Of a stretch of 64,000 bases of DNA, positions 40,140 to 53,650 are shown one piece after another. This stretch comes from Callorhinchus milii (Eukaryota): contig NW_024704743.1 in NCBI RefSeq assembly GCF_018977255.1, positions 103,232,001-103,296,000 of the forward strand, given 5' to 3'. Numbering within the stretch: the first letter of the stretch is position 1; each line of letters opens with the position of its first letter. The position numbers were made by a program, and so were the translations under genes. The notes below the pieces were generated by a model that worked only from the letters and a program-made list of their open reading frames with translations, was not told the DNA's origin and did no database searches.

Positions 40140-40260
40140 TTCAGAATTTGTTAAATTCTTCGAGGCAGCCTTAATTGTGAAGCCTTTTTGTAAGTTATTT
40201 TAAGATTGCAAAAATGCTACTTAGGTAGAGTAAATCCAGACCAAGGTGGAGTTTCTTCCC
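40140..40260. mobile_element. Partial MITE-like element (right end)
   Basis: aaaatgctac..gagtaaatccagaccaaggtggagtttcttccc matches right ends at 13796-13843 and 21439-21472. Confidence 0.55.
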
Positions 40261-40959
40261 ATGGGAGTGTTGTGTTCAGAAGCTATTCAATTGGGCTACC
40301 TAGACCGAGTCCTTACCGAGTCCTACCGTGACTCTCCTTACCTCACTTCCACACACATGCACCTTATAGCAAGTAGTTTAAATCTCAGTTAGGAGCAGAC
40401 ACCTTCGCTGATTTGTTCCCATTCCTAAACCAGGGGATCTGAGGCCAAATACAAATTGCACCTAGTTTTAACTGGCAAGACCATTTTGTCTCAAAATTAG
40501 GATTGCGTTTAATTGTTGAAAATTCTCAAATTCAGTCTTAATAATAATAACAATAATAAATTCAGTCTTAATTTGGAAGTCAGATTTCTAAAGTTGTTAC
40601 AAAGAATAGTGTTTCATAATAATAATCCTTATCACGTCTTTGAGACGTCTAAAAGTGTTTCATAGAATATACTGTAAAGTGAATTGGCTGTATATTTTGT
40701 AGGCAAAACGGGAAAAAATTGTGGGTTTCAAATTAAGAGTGGATTTAGGAATATTCCATAATTTCATGCAATTTAAATTTTAAGAAAACATGATGTTACA
40801 GGATGAGGCTGGGAAGAATTCCGATTTCGTAGTGGCCAAACTGTTTCCACAGCATAGATTTTTTTGTAACAACTGAAAGTAAAATACTTCAATGCAAATC
40901 TTGGAGACAGGTCTGCACCCATTATTCTAATTGTAAATTAAATTAATAATATTGATAAT

Positions 40960-41530
40960 AATAAACCCTGCATTTGATCCAACACCTCATTGTGTTATGG
41001 AGATATCTCAAAGTGATTCACAGAATTTATTACAAAGTAGTGTGACTGTGTATGGTGTGGCAAATGCAGTAGACAATTTGCACACAGTAATCTCCCACAA
41101 ACAGCCATGACTAATTTTTATCTTTGGAGAATTATTGCATTATTAATGCAATTATTTATCTTTAACAGCCCAGATAAATCAGGAAATGTTCCCATTAAAA
41201 TCATCTCAGTCTATAGTTCAAGGTGATACTCCAATACAGTGACGGGCGTGTGTTACATTGTGGGACCTGCTGGCCTTCAGATGAGATGTTAAACTGAGGT
41301 TCTGTCTTCCTGTTCAGGTGGACATTAAAGATCCCAAGGCACTATTCAAAATAAAAAGGGAGTTTCTCCTGATGTCCTGAAAAACAATCCTTCAAATAAA
41401 CAGATCATTCCCTTCATGGGACATTGCGGTGCACAATTGGTGACCACATTCACCTATAAGGACACAGCCACTACATTTTACAATATATCCTGTGAAACAT
41501 TTTAGGACATACTCCTGATATGAAAGGCAT
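40960..41530. mobile_element. Two partial DeuSINEs in opposite orientation
   Basis: Antisense tail 40960-41125; sense body ttcagatgagatgttaaactgagg at about 41200-41530. Confidence 0.72.
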
Positions 41531-43044
41531 CACACCAAATTTATCATCAGCACCACCACCTTGATCATCTAGGCTATTTAAGGAATAACATTACACATGT
41601 GTTTATTGCATATAACTCCTTATAAGACCATTTTCCTCATAATTAAGACTGGGTCTTATTTTGCAAGCCAGATTTCTAAAGTTGTTAAAAAAAATTCTAA
41701 GTTAAGACTGATGATTGTTTGAAGTATATGTCTGAAGTATTCATGCTATATATAGTTTGCATGCAAATACAGTCATTACATTTTACCATAAATTCTATGA
41801 AGCCCGATGAGACATTTCGATGATGCTACAACATGCGATGTTAAATGCAAAGAATGTTTATTATTAAAATAGTTTTGAGAGTGCTGAAATTTTCCTCCAC
41901 AATTGCATTGAGCTTTTCTTGCCTTTTCTGAGCTAAGAAACATCCCACAAGCAAAACACCGACATGAAGCAATGATGACGTTTCTGCACCAGTGAATCAC
42001 CCATCACATAAATGCTTTGAAACAAAATGTTGCCTAGAAAACATAACATTTGCTTCCGCTCAGGGACTGTATGTGAGAAAGTGAAATTTGCTTGAACTTA
42101 CAACGTTTTGACTCAGAAATGAACATCAAATGGTTCGAAGCTCTCTTCTACACGTACCTTTAAATCCCAAACCAGTGCCTGCTGTACCTATCTATCCCAA
42201 TTTTATTTTTTCTCCCACCTTTGTAGGGTTATTAATATTCAACATTCTATAAAGATATATGAGCACATAATTAAATATCTCAGCAAATTAAGTGAAGTAG
42301 AAAAAAAGACTGATAGTACACTTGCACTCTCTAAATTCAAACCCGCTTCACTAGCTAATGCATGACTGCAACCATGGCATGCTGGACTAAGTGAAATCAG
42401 TGAAGTAAGTCTACTGCTTTCAATATGTACACCCAAAATGCGTGCATATTACATATACTGTATATACATCAAGAACGTATAAAGAAATAAACAAAAGCAG
42501 CAGTAATAAGGAATTTATTAAGCAGTAATGTTACTTTCAGCTTTTGGGCTTGTTTTCCAACATTTGCTCAAGAAGTTTTTGACTCAAAAAAAGTTTGTGC
42601 ATTAATGATATGCCACTAATTCTTGGTATTAGCCCCAAAAAACTAGAAGTGACTGGAAGTGATACAAGGGTACTTATTTCCTGATGTAAACTAGGTTACC
42701 AATCCAATCCGGTCCATATTATTTTGCAATGACTTACTTTCATTGAACTATTCACTTTCTACTGCCTTTTGAAAAAAGGCCAAAATTGGGATATAAAGGA
42801 GGGTTGATACATTTCCATCCACTTCTTTCCACATTTCTGGGTACATACAGTTATGTGTGTGTGTGTGACATATGTTTATTCTATATATGTGGATACAATA
42901 TTTAACAGATTTTATTTTCAAAGTTCAACCCTGGAAAGAAATTTGAAGGTCAAGACAAGACATCTCAATATGAAATCTCAGCAGAGCTTCATCAGATCCT
43001 GTGGCTTCTGAATTATATAAAAACCCAGGAACCAAACCAGTTGT

Positions 43045-43205
43045 GTAGTACTGTCTGGCAAGCTTCCTGCTGCTCATCTCGCTAGGAACAGCCCTACCCT
43101 TAAAGGCTTGCAAGGTGAACAAGAGCTGTGTGGGAAGAATCCTTGTTCATAACGCCTAGTCAGCCTTGAGCTATGCTGGCTGGTTTGTCTTCAGCAATAC
43201 CCTGG
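43045..43205 (-). repeat. Unnamed old dispersed repeat B, copy 2
   Basis: Reverse complement acaaggattcttcccacacagctc..ggtagggc..agcagcaggaagcttgc matches 49975-50060. Confidence 0.6.
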
Positions 43206-43518
43206 AATAGTGACAAGATGGAGGGGTAGAGGGAAGGAATTGCAGTTGTAATGTCCGAACCCCAACCACAGCTCAGTTGGCTTGAAACATTCTTTGAGAC
43301 AACCTCCTACAGGAAAGGCACTATGAAAATGTAAATTGTCTTGTAAGTATTGTAGGACTTTGCATCTGAGATGTTACATTTGTTTTTCTTCACAATGTAA
43401 GCCATAAGTACAGTTGTACAACATAAAAGAAATGTAGTATTAAACATGGACAAAAACAGAAATCATGCAACCATATTAATTTATACCATTTGAATGAATG
43501 TCAACAATTGAGTTATGC

Positions 43519-43855
43519 GGGGGGAAATGAATGTGACTTGCAATGTGCTATTTATCGCTAATAGAAATTAGACATTCTCCAGACATCAGGAGAATAGTTT
43601 TACCCAGTCCGCTGAAGATTCACTATCAGCCCTATTGATCTTTAAGTTAGCAACAATTTTGGTTTATGCGGTGCTCTTCATGCAGGATCACTTCTCAGAG
43701 GACTTGCTCTGGAGCACCTGCAAAAGATCAAGAGTTGCAGGAGCAAAGTCTAAACTTTGTTTTTCCAGATACCAGCTTAAAAAATTTAGGAACAGATTTG
43801 AACCACACTTTCTGCTCTTGTGATAATTAGCACTTATAAAGTCATATTTCCCCCC
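43519..43855. mobile_element. MITE-like element with imperfect about 45-bp inverted ends
   Basis: ggggggaaatgaatgtgacttgcaatgtgctatttatcgc versus gtgataattagcacttataaagtcatatttcccccc. Confidence 0.5.
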
Positions 43856-44784
43856 ATTGTTTAATATTTGGGTAATTCAGCAAGAAAGATCGTATTATGC
43901 CATTCACCGAACACTGTTGAAATAGATAATATGTTACAAAGATTTGTTCCTGTAAATTATTCAGAACAGATTATCTTTGCTATAATTTACAAATGGCAAC
44001 ATTAACTCTGAAGGATAATTCGCAGATATCATCTTCTATGCACACGGCATTTACCTAATTTCATTCTCTCTCCAAAGTTATTAAAGTTGGCAGCTATGAA
44101 AAATATCAAAAACTTATTTTCCCAGGATATTGGATTTCTATGACTTTTTTGACAGCTATGTCAAATAAAATGAATAAATCAATCTCCCTCTATCAGCTTT
44201 TAAAAGATTATTACATTTTCCATATTATCTGCACAAGAGGCCAGCAACTATTGTTAGCAAACCCATTAAAGAGCATAACACACCATCCTAGATGATTATT
44301 TTCATTCAAATAAAATGGAAGTAGGTCGATACTTTTGCAGCCTGAGTGCACTATTTCTAGAATCTATTCAATTCACAATAATAACCATAAATAGTTGGTT
44401 ATCCAAACATGATGAAGAAATAGGCAAAGTCTCACAGAATTCTTTTAAGATTGCATAATTCAGGACTGGTGTAATACTGGCTCAGTTGGTAACTCTCTTA
44501 TCTCTGAGTCAGAAGCCCAACAAAAGAACTTTGGGCTCAAAGACTAAGCTGACACTCTAGGGCAAGTGCTAGGGGCGGATTGTCAGATTTATTGTCCTTT
44601 AGATCAGTGTTAATTGAAGTTCATGTGAATATTACATTTCTCATAGCACTAATCAAATAGCAAAGGCACTATCCCCCAGTGTTCTGGCCAGCAATCCTGA
44701 AGATGTAATTTATCCGTCAATTCATGGCCTTCAAGAAAACACGCTCTGGGCTAAACACACCTCACTGACCCCCAACCCCCACCA

Positions 44785-46463
44785 CTTGCTTTTAATCTCG
44801 GGGTGCGCGTTATGGCTGCCACCACCGACCCAAGCTGCTTCCCCACAATGCCCCACCTCTGTCCTCTATCCACACTTACTCCCACTCAGTCTTCCTCTCC
44901 CACCGCCCTCCCCGATTCCTATCCCTGCTCGACGGTCCCACTGCCTCCCTCTGCTCCAGCCTGTCAGGCCCACCATGGGAGTCGCCACTGGCTGTCAAAC
45001 AGCAGCCACTCTGACTGCCCTATCCCCTGCTCTTGCCGAAAGGCTCACTGGTCCCCAAACACAGGGGCCAATCTATCCTCCCTGATCCACATCCCTACCC
45101 TCTCTATCAGTACTCTCCCTCCCCTGCCTCACCCTCCACTTCCACCACCAACTGTCCCCTCTGCATCGGTCTACAAAACGTCCATTCCCTCTCCAATAAA
45201 ACGCACACCATCCAAGACCTCATCGTCGATGAACACATCGACATCCTTGCCCTCACTGAAACTTGGATCACCCCAGGTGACACCTTCCTCTAGACTGAGG
45301 CCACACCACCCATCTACATTTTCCATCACATCCCTCGACTTAACCGCCGTGATGAAGATGTGGCTCTTATCTCCCAGTCACCCACTCGGCTTATCCCCAT
45401 ACTCCTCTGGAACCTTCCCCTCCTTTGAACACCTTACCCTCTATCACCCCTCCAACACTTCCCTCAAAACCCCCCCCACCCTCCCACTCGGCTGCCTTAG
45501 AGTCATCTGAACTCCTTCCCCAGTGGGAGTCCTCCCGCAATGACCTATCCTCCTCAGTCACCCTTCTCCAAGCTCCCTCTCCTCCACTCTCAATTCCCTT
45601 GCTCCCCTCTCTTCCTGAATCATCTCCTACTCACGCAACTCTCCTTGATACACCAGCCATCTCCGCTCCCTTAAAGCCCAGGCTCATTCTGCTGAGCGCA
45701 CTTGGCTTAAATCGAACCTAACTGTCCACTGGCAGATTTGGCTGGACCATGTCAAGTTCTACCGCTCCGCCCTCGCCTCCGCTAAATCGTTGTTCTACTC
45801 CAAGACAATCTTGGAGGCTAAGGACAACCCCAGGCTCCTCTTCTCCATAACAAACCGACTCCTCCGCCTACCCTGTCATGCCTCACCCATCCTTACCTCA
45901 AATGTCAACTGCGAGGCGATGCTGAACTTCCTCGAATCCAAAGTCGAGGGAATCCACTCAGCTGCCTCTGCCACTGCAACTGCTAACCCCTCCCCCATCT
46001 TCTCCTCCCACCCCAGACCCTACCCACACCTCCATCCACAACTTTGAACCTGTCTCCCCCTCCTCTCTCATCACCCTCAACTATCCTTTCTACACCACAA
46101 CTGTGCCATGACCCGCTCTGCCTTCTGTTCGCTACCTCTGCTCAACGGGATCCAGCCTGCTTCACGTCCTGCACCTCGCTCACCCCACTATCAGCAGGCA
46201 GGCCTTCCGCCACTCTGTACCAACCCTCTAGAACTCCATCCTGCAATCCCTCCGTCTCGCCCCCCTCCCTTGCCACCTTCAAGACCCACCTCAAGACCCT
46301 CCTCTTCAACCGTGCTTTCGATCTCCCTGCTTCCCCCCATGCCCCCCCCCCCCTCCCCCACCCCACCCTTTAGCTTAGGTCCATGATTCTGTCTGTCCAG
46401 CCACTTGGGACCTCCTCCCGACGTGAAAGGACTATACAAATGTAATTTTGTTGTTGTTGTTGT
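44785..46463 (+). mobile_element. Internally deleted L2 keeping 5' region, APE start and 3' end; nested in a DeuSINE
   Basis: LQNVHSLSNK..DILALTETW (APE N-terminus); KDNPRLLFSITNRLL linker; no PQG or YADD; 3' FKTHLKTLLF and (TTG)n; host SINE at 44475-44730 and 46465-46520. Confidence 0.88.
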
Positions 46464-46589
46464 GACCTTTTGATGACATGATAAGGCCTATGCCAAAAGC
46501 AAAGATGATTATTATTATTAAAGTGATGTAATAACCTATGAATTAGTGATTTGATTACTCTAACCAGATTTACAAAACTCTGAAATTAG

Positions 46590-46780
46590 CAGTACAATGG
46601 TTATAAAGAATGCAAATACAATCATTGGTTTTATATCCAGAAGAAGAAGTAATGCTAAATTTATATCAAGCATTTGTTTGACCATAAGTGGAGTACTTTG
46701 TGCAGTTCTGGTTGCCAAAGTAAATCAAATATAATCAGCCTGAAATGGAAGCTGATCACAAGCATACTAGTGGGATGAAA
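46590..46780 (+). mobile_element. Degenerate CR1 fragment
   Basis: gaagtaatgctaaatttatatcaagcatttgtt..ggagtactttgtgcagttctgg (EVMLNLY, VQFW). Confidence 0.7.
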
Positions 46781-49700
46781 CATTTGGACTCAGTTTTTTG
46801 TGACTGGACTTGCCAAACACTTAATTTATGAACACACGTATCTGTGTATATCATCAGAAACTCTACCAAAATGAAACTGCTCCTCTGAATTGGCATTTGA
46901 GTCATTGGAGTATTTCATGATCATACCAACTCTTTGTTCATGATGCAGTTGCTATTTAGATTGAAATGAAGAAACAAAATGAATAAACAATCATGAACAG
47001 GATTCTGTGATCTTAGTTCATACTGAATATCAATTTCAAGTGAGCGAGTGCATCATCATGAAATAATTATTTTTGAAGCCCTGCCATTTAACAATTAGAG
47101 TACTCGCCTCACAACAAGAGGACCTCAATCAACAACTGTTTGTGGGATACTGCTGTCTGCAATTGGCTGCCGTGTTTCGCCTAAAAAAATAGTCAATTCA
47201 CTTTACAGTATATTCTGTGAAACACTTTGAGACATCTCAAAGACTTGATAAGTCGCTATATTAAATGCAAGCATTATTATTCAGTCACACCACTTCCTCT
47301 TTCATTGTCAAACTCAAGGTGCCTGGACAATTAGAGTACAAGGCAAATCTTCTACTTGGAATATAGCATTTCCTCTCTGCATCCATTACTGCAGGTTTAG
47401 ATCTACCCTCGTGAATCTGAGAAGGTATAGCATTGAGTCACTAATCTGTGGACTCCGTGTGAAGGAATAAATGAGAAAGAGGTTAAAACACAACTCAGTG
47501 ATAATTTTTTTGAGCCCAAAAAAGCTCTCTGAACAGCAGAGCTCTAATAATGCGCTTTATTTTCATGTAAGAAGTCACATTGAACCAAAGTGAATTTCAG
47601 TAAGTAGTCAATCCTGCAGTAATACTTATTAAAGAACGATCACTGTGATAGGCGATGGACCAGGCTACATTCCCTCCAGTGAAATCCCATAAGCAAGGAA
47701 GCATAGCTTATTCTGTCTGAATGACATCTACTGATGTTTAAACTCAGCAGTAAGAAGGAATGCAGAGTTTTTTTTATGGTTTGTTGGTGTTTATCTGCAG
47801 ACAGTAATATCTCAGTAATGCTTCATAATTCATATAACATTATTCAAAAATTCAAAAGCAAAGAAAGCAGCTATGTGTTTCTTTACCTCATACAGCACAA
47901 ATTACAACAGTAACTACCCTGTCTTCCATTTAAATAGTGATTTTCATGTAAAGTAACATCTCAAAGCACTAGGTGTGAACAAAAGGGTTAAACAAAATGG
48001 TCAAGAACTCCCTCGCAATATCAGAACTCTTCAGCCACTTCATCACTGTCTGGTTCAGCTTGCCCTGTTTTAGTTTGCCCTGTAACAATCTTCCATAGAA
48101 TGTAGGCAGCTGCTTTTATTTTTAAATATGGAATACCAAGGGGAATAGCTCCTAGACTTGCAGACGATCAGTTTTCCCTCAATTGAAATTATGAACAGGA
48201 ATCAGTGGTGTGGCAATGCAGTGAAAATAAAAGTACACACTCTGCATACTTAAATAGTTCCACAAGCCACAAACTGTGGTATTAGGGATGGAAAAAGTAT
48301 AAACCCGAACACTTTTCTATGGACACACAGTTGTGAATCTGAAAATTATTTTAAGTATTCCATCCTTAAAAAAACACACACAGCTTGGTTTGTGCATAGA
48401 TTCCTGGGTCCCCAGCTACAGTTTTTAGAGAAGATTTTTGTGGCCTCAAAATTCACAGAATTCATACCCAAATTGAGAGATTTATATTTTCAATCTGCCT
48501 TTCGTTCCCTCAGAGACCTTTCTGTTTGGAATCTCTATTCACAGCTGGGAGCTTCTCCACTGACATCAAAGAGGACCGTCAGTCACTGAGCAACTCGTAT
48601 AGCAAAAATCCAACCCATCAAGGGCTGGATGTTGATTAAAAATCAAATAGTTCTGAGAAGACAGAAGATTCGGGATGTTTTTTTCCAGAGGACAAACAAA
48701 GTAAAGGGTGTTACTTTAAGAGCAATGCAATGAACCAGGTTAAATAGAGGGAACCAAATGAGGACTCTATTGTATATTCTTCACTGAAGCAAGACGTTGT
48801 TGTATCAATGTGAATCAATTCATTGGTGACTTTTAAAACTCTGCTCCCATTTCCAATAGTATTAGAATTGTAGTACAGTAAATCATGAACTATTTATTTT
48901 GTCTTATCAGACGCATTTTGATATGTCAGAGAAGCTATGCTTGCCACAGATTTTTCAATAAATCTGTCACTTGACAGCACAATCGGCAACCACCTTACAG
49001 CCGAGGATACTATTACATATCACATTTACTGTGATCAGACTGCCTTAAAATGATTAATGTGATCTTCATGTCACTAGATCAGGCTGCATAAGCATATACG
49101 GTTTACAAGAAAGATAATTTTCAAATGCAGTATCATAGGAATAATAAAATGTTCCACCAGTGCCTATGATTACAGAATAATCATCCAAATTTAACAAGAG
49201 ATTTTAGGTCTTTTCAACAAAAATATTAATAACTGGAGTCTCCAATGAATTATAAGGCTTTATGTTCCACAATAGTTCAAGGTGACATTATAACAGGCAT
49301 CACTTTAAGTGATGTATTAGGAGACACGTACTTTACTGCAAAATGGGATGTCCAATAAGATATGTTTTGCACATCCACATATTTCATTTTTAGATTAAAA
49401 AAACACTTTGTGTCAAGTTCAAAGGAACGGTTATTTATCGAAAGTCTAATATGATGTCCCCTTTCCTTCACCCCCACCACTCCAACCAGATAATCTGTGT
49501 TATACATGAAATGTACTCCAAATTTGAAGAGCGAAATGGAGATTAAAACAGTAGGATCACAGGGACACCATTAGACTCCACTCTTGGAACCAGTTAGACA
49601 GACAGTCAGATCCCGAAGCCTTAGGGTTATTGCCATCCTGCACCCAATACTCCATAAATAGATAAACAGGATGCGTACCTCCAGGGAGACCGCACCTTCC

Positions 49701-49834
49701 ATTCCAGGCCCTGGGAATTTTTCATTTGTAGGACACACACATGAGCGGAATTCTGGTTTGGATATTCTTAAGCATGGTGATAGGTTTCCACATGCGTCAC
49801 ACCAGGCTGATGTGCTTGGCAACAGAACGTAAGA

Positions 49835-50075
49835 ATCGAGTCAACCCTCTGTGACGGTCTCAATCAACTGGTTCATGAAGCAAGCAGGTCTGTAGTACTT
49901 CAGAGGCACTGCTGATGACAGTCAAGCCAGGTTGACTCATTGACAGGACTCGGAGGAGTAGACTGATCATTGGGGACAAGAATTCTTCCCACTCAGCTCA
50001 CATAAACCCTGCAGTTAACAGGTAGGGCAGTTCTAGCTGGACAAGCAGCAGGAAACTTGCTAAACAGTTGCAGCC
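49835..50075 (+). repeat. Unnamed old dispersed repeat B, copy 3
   Basis: Aligns with 30660-30895 and, antisense, with 43045-43205. Confidence 0.7.
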
Positions 50076-50719
50076 CAATGTGTTAATGCAGAGTTTGCTT
50101 ATGGAGTAAAGCATTACTATGCAGATTGATGCTTATAATTCACCACACTTGGAGTTGAGTGGTGGTGGTGCTGGTGGGGAAAGTGGAAATGTTTGAATTG
50201 GAGGCAAAGGTTGCTTAGGTTTGGAAAGAGAAATTCTGAGGTGATGAGACGAGTCAATCGAATACAGAAACATAAGTACAAAGGTACAGTTGGATTGAAA
50301 AATGAAATATTTACCTGGATTCTGATGGGAGGGAAGACATTAGCAGACCAAACTTAAAATATTAAATATTACAAGGTATGTCTTATGTCTTTGAAACATT
50401 GTTAAGGAATGAGAAGAAATATGTCCAATCTCTGTACAGTTAACTTCTGTTTTACATTCACAAGGACATTCCATTAACACTCCCTATGGGAGGTCAAACT
50501 GACAGTTGGAGAAAAGAGTGCATCTACCACTTTAACCCAAGACTTTACTGCAGGCATGCTCCAATGATGAAAGAATTCCCATGGAGAATGTCCACTAACT
50601 AACATGTCTGCAGAATTGTGTTTTTCAATCTGTCCCTATGGAACTTGATTGTAAAATGAAACTGCAAAACTGTTGCTGACGGACTCAAGCAAGTGATTTC
50701 CCCTTTTATATCATGTAAG

Positions 50720-50920
50720 AGCGTTTTTCCCAGTGTCTTGGCCAACAATCTCTAAAATTGAGCATTCACGTCATGGCTGTTCGTGGGACATTGCTGTGCA
50801 CAAATCGGCTCTTACATTCACCTTCAAAATACAGTCACTACACTACAGTAAATCCTGTGAAGCACTTGGAGACATTTTGATGGTGTGAAAAGGCATATCA
50901 AATGCAAGGATTATTATTAT
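50720..50920 (+). mobile_element. DeuSINE 3' half, tail-to-tail with an L2
   Basis: catggctgttcgtgggacattgctgtgcacaaatcggct..atatcaaatgcaagg(att)n. Confidence 0.8.
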
Positions 50921-50922
50921 TT

Positions 50923-51527
50923 AACAAACAACAACAACAAAATTACATTTGTATACATTTGTCGGGAGGATATCCCAAGGCGCTGGTCAGACAGAGTTAC
51001 GGAACCGAGCTGAGGGTCGGGATGTGGAAGGGGGGAGGGTAGGGGAGCAAGTAGGGAGATCGAAAGCACGGTCAAAGAGGAGGGATTTAAGATGGGTCTT
51101 GAAGGTGGTGAGGGAGGGGCAAGAACGGAGGGAATGCAGGATGGACTTCCAGAGGGTGGGTGCAGAGCAGCGGAAGGCCCGTTCACCGATAGTGGGGCCA
51201 GCAAGGCGGGGGATATGAAGCAGGCCGGAGCCCGCTGAGTGGAGTGAGTGAACAGGGTGGTAGAGAATTAGGAGGTTGGAGAGGTGGGGGGGGAGCAAGA
51301 CCATGGTGGGGTTTGAAGGTGAGGATCAGGATCTTGAACTGTATCCTCTGTGTGATGGGAAGCCAGTGGATATGGGCAAGGATGGGGGTGATAGGGTCGC
51401 GGAGCCTACTGTGGGAGAGAACATGGGCTGCAGAGTTCTGGATGATCTGCAGCCTGTGGAGGGAGGAGTTGGGGAAGCCGACAAGCAATAAGTTTGCATA
51501 GTCGAGCCTCGATGTAATGAAGGCTAG
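50923..51527 (-). mobile_element. L2 3' fragment
   Basis: [47 protein letters not shown]; (CAA)n tail. Confidence 0.92.
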
Positions 51528-53254
51528 AAAGCACAAGATCCAAGACACAATTAGAGTTGTATATGATGGTCTTAACTTTAAGGGGTTGCAAATTTTAGAT
51601 TGGAGGTATTACCTAATTTATTCCACCTATATCCCTCTTGCACATCAATCACTGAGGATAGAATTTGTACCTAGTGGTTATTAATCTGTTATTTTCTCTT
51701 GTTCCCCTCGCCCAAAAAGGAGCTGAGTTGCTCTGTTGTTCTTCCTATGTAAAATACTCATCGTACCAATTGTATATTCCATATTTTTACAGAAGTAGTT
51801 AATTATCCAACTTCTGGAAGTTTAACATGAAATAGTGTGATTTCTAATGGATTCCTTAAGGAATGTGAGTGAGGACCATTTCTAGGATCAAGAATAATTT
51901 ACACATCTCAAAACTCTGTTCCGAACATGGATTGCATTCAAGGGGATTTCCCTGAATCACCAGGTGATGTACTTCCTTATTAAAATATCCTGTTAGAAAT
52001 TGATGCACTTTTGATCCTTTTGTATCCGTATCACAGCTGTCTACTGTAATAGATGTTTAATTCCTCAATTACCCAAGTCACTGAACACCAGCATCATTTA
52101 GGCAATCAATGCAAACCTCCCAAGGTCTATGATTGCTCCATTGCCTGATACTTGACATCACAGTTGTGCTGAGTTTTGTCAGGCCTCTGCGGAGCCTGGA
52201 AACCATATCACGTGGAATGCGAGCACTGCTTTGAGCAGAGAAAAGGTGGTGATAAAAGCCTCCTCTCCCTTTACGTGACCTATTGAACAGAGCAGTGGAA
52301 CTCACTCCACTAGGTCATTTGATGGCTAATTTTCCACTCAACTGGTACCTCCTGGCCTTCATTCATTGTTTGCCAGCTTGGAGGGAAAGATACCTACAAC
52401 CATGCTAATCAAAGCCTCTTGAGAAATTTTACAACAGAAGAACCTGCATTCAAGTTATAATACTCGCGATTGATAGAAATTCTGGCAGAGCAAAGAACAT
52501 TAATTTCCTTCAATTTAGCTTTTCCTGGGTTTTCTGCAGAGGAGTGCTGGAATTCACACTCTCCTGAGCATCCGAAAGCTAAATACGTTTTGGGGCCTCG
52601 AAGAGCAGGGATTTCGTCTCTTCTGAGCAGATCAATCCTGAGAAAGCACAAGTGAACCAAACCCAAAAAGTACTACAAAATAGGATTGCTGACCTCAATG
52701 TCAAACGAAATGGCAGGACTTGGACACCGTTATTGGACATCTTTAGGGATGCAGTGGGGGGGTGGGGAGGGATCCTGTAAATTCTATCCCAATGTTTCAT
52801 AATGGATTTGATGTGGTAATACATTGAATGTGATTGAAATGTTTTTCAGCATATTACATTTCACTGCTGATGAACAGTTTCTTCAATAGAAGAGGCCAAA
52901 GCTATTCTTCAATTTACGAGTGTGTCACCTTGACTAGAGGAAAGTATCCCAGTACAGCCTAAAATGGTCATGCTTTCTGTACACATTATTTTGACAGAGA
53001 AGACCCAAAGCAGCGTTGCTTCATTGCACATATTCGCAACAAAGAGGTCGAAGTAGTCATGCCTCACTGTGGACATTTGCACCCTGAATAAGGGAGCCCG
53101 AGAGCTTCACTGTACTTCAATAAAACTTTGAATAAATAGAAGAACGAGTAACCCTAGTGTGGCACAAGGGAATCATTCCTGACTGTAGCTATCACCTCAA
53201 ATAAAAGAAAGAATACCTCAACACAAAGGAGCCACATTTCAAAATAAAACCGTA

Positions 53255-53650
53255 GAAATGTACAGAATATATTCAATCCATAGTGTGCTGGTTCTTTTAA
53301 AAGCAATCCTTTCAGTCCCATTTACCTGCTCCTTCCCCATACTCCTGTAATTTATTCCTTTTTTAGATATTTATCTTGTTTCTTTTTGAAAGCTAATAAT
53401 AATTCTGCCTCAACCACAGTTCCCGGCACCGAATTCCATTTGCCAATTTATTAACTATTGTAAATTGATGTTGTCCAGTCACCAACTCACCGACCATGAG
53501 TATTTCCCCCAAACAAAGGAAGATAAATGGATAATTGAGATCTATTAAGGTACATTGTAATAGGAGGTCATTGGAATTAAAAGATCAGCCACGAACTAAT
53601 AAACTGGGTGATCAGGCTTGATGGGTTGAATGGCCTCCTGCTCCTCTGTT
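53255..53650. mobile_element. Degenerate CR1 3'-UTR pieces in both orientations
   Basis: gcctcaaccacagttcccggcaccgaattccat (antisense) then aaagatcagccacgaactaat..gggttgaatggcctcctgctcct (sense CR1-type 3' end). Confidence 0.55.

Noticed and set aside
49911..49950. CTGATGA plus hairpin in repeat B as a hammerhead ribozyme
   Set aside because: No GAAA after the stem in either sense copy
51657..52790. GGATAGAATTT / AAATTCTATCC inverted 11-mers 1.1 kb apart
   Set aside because: Too short and do not extend; cannot support a single element
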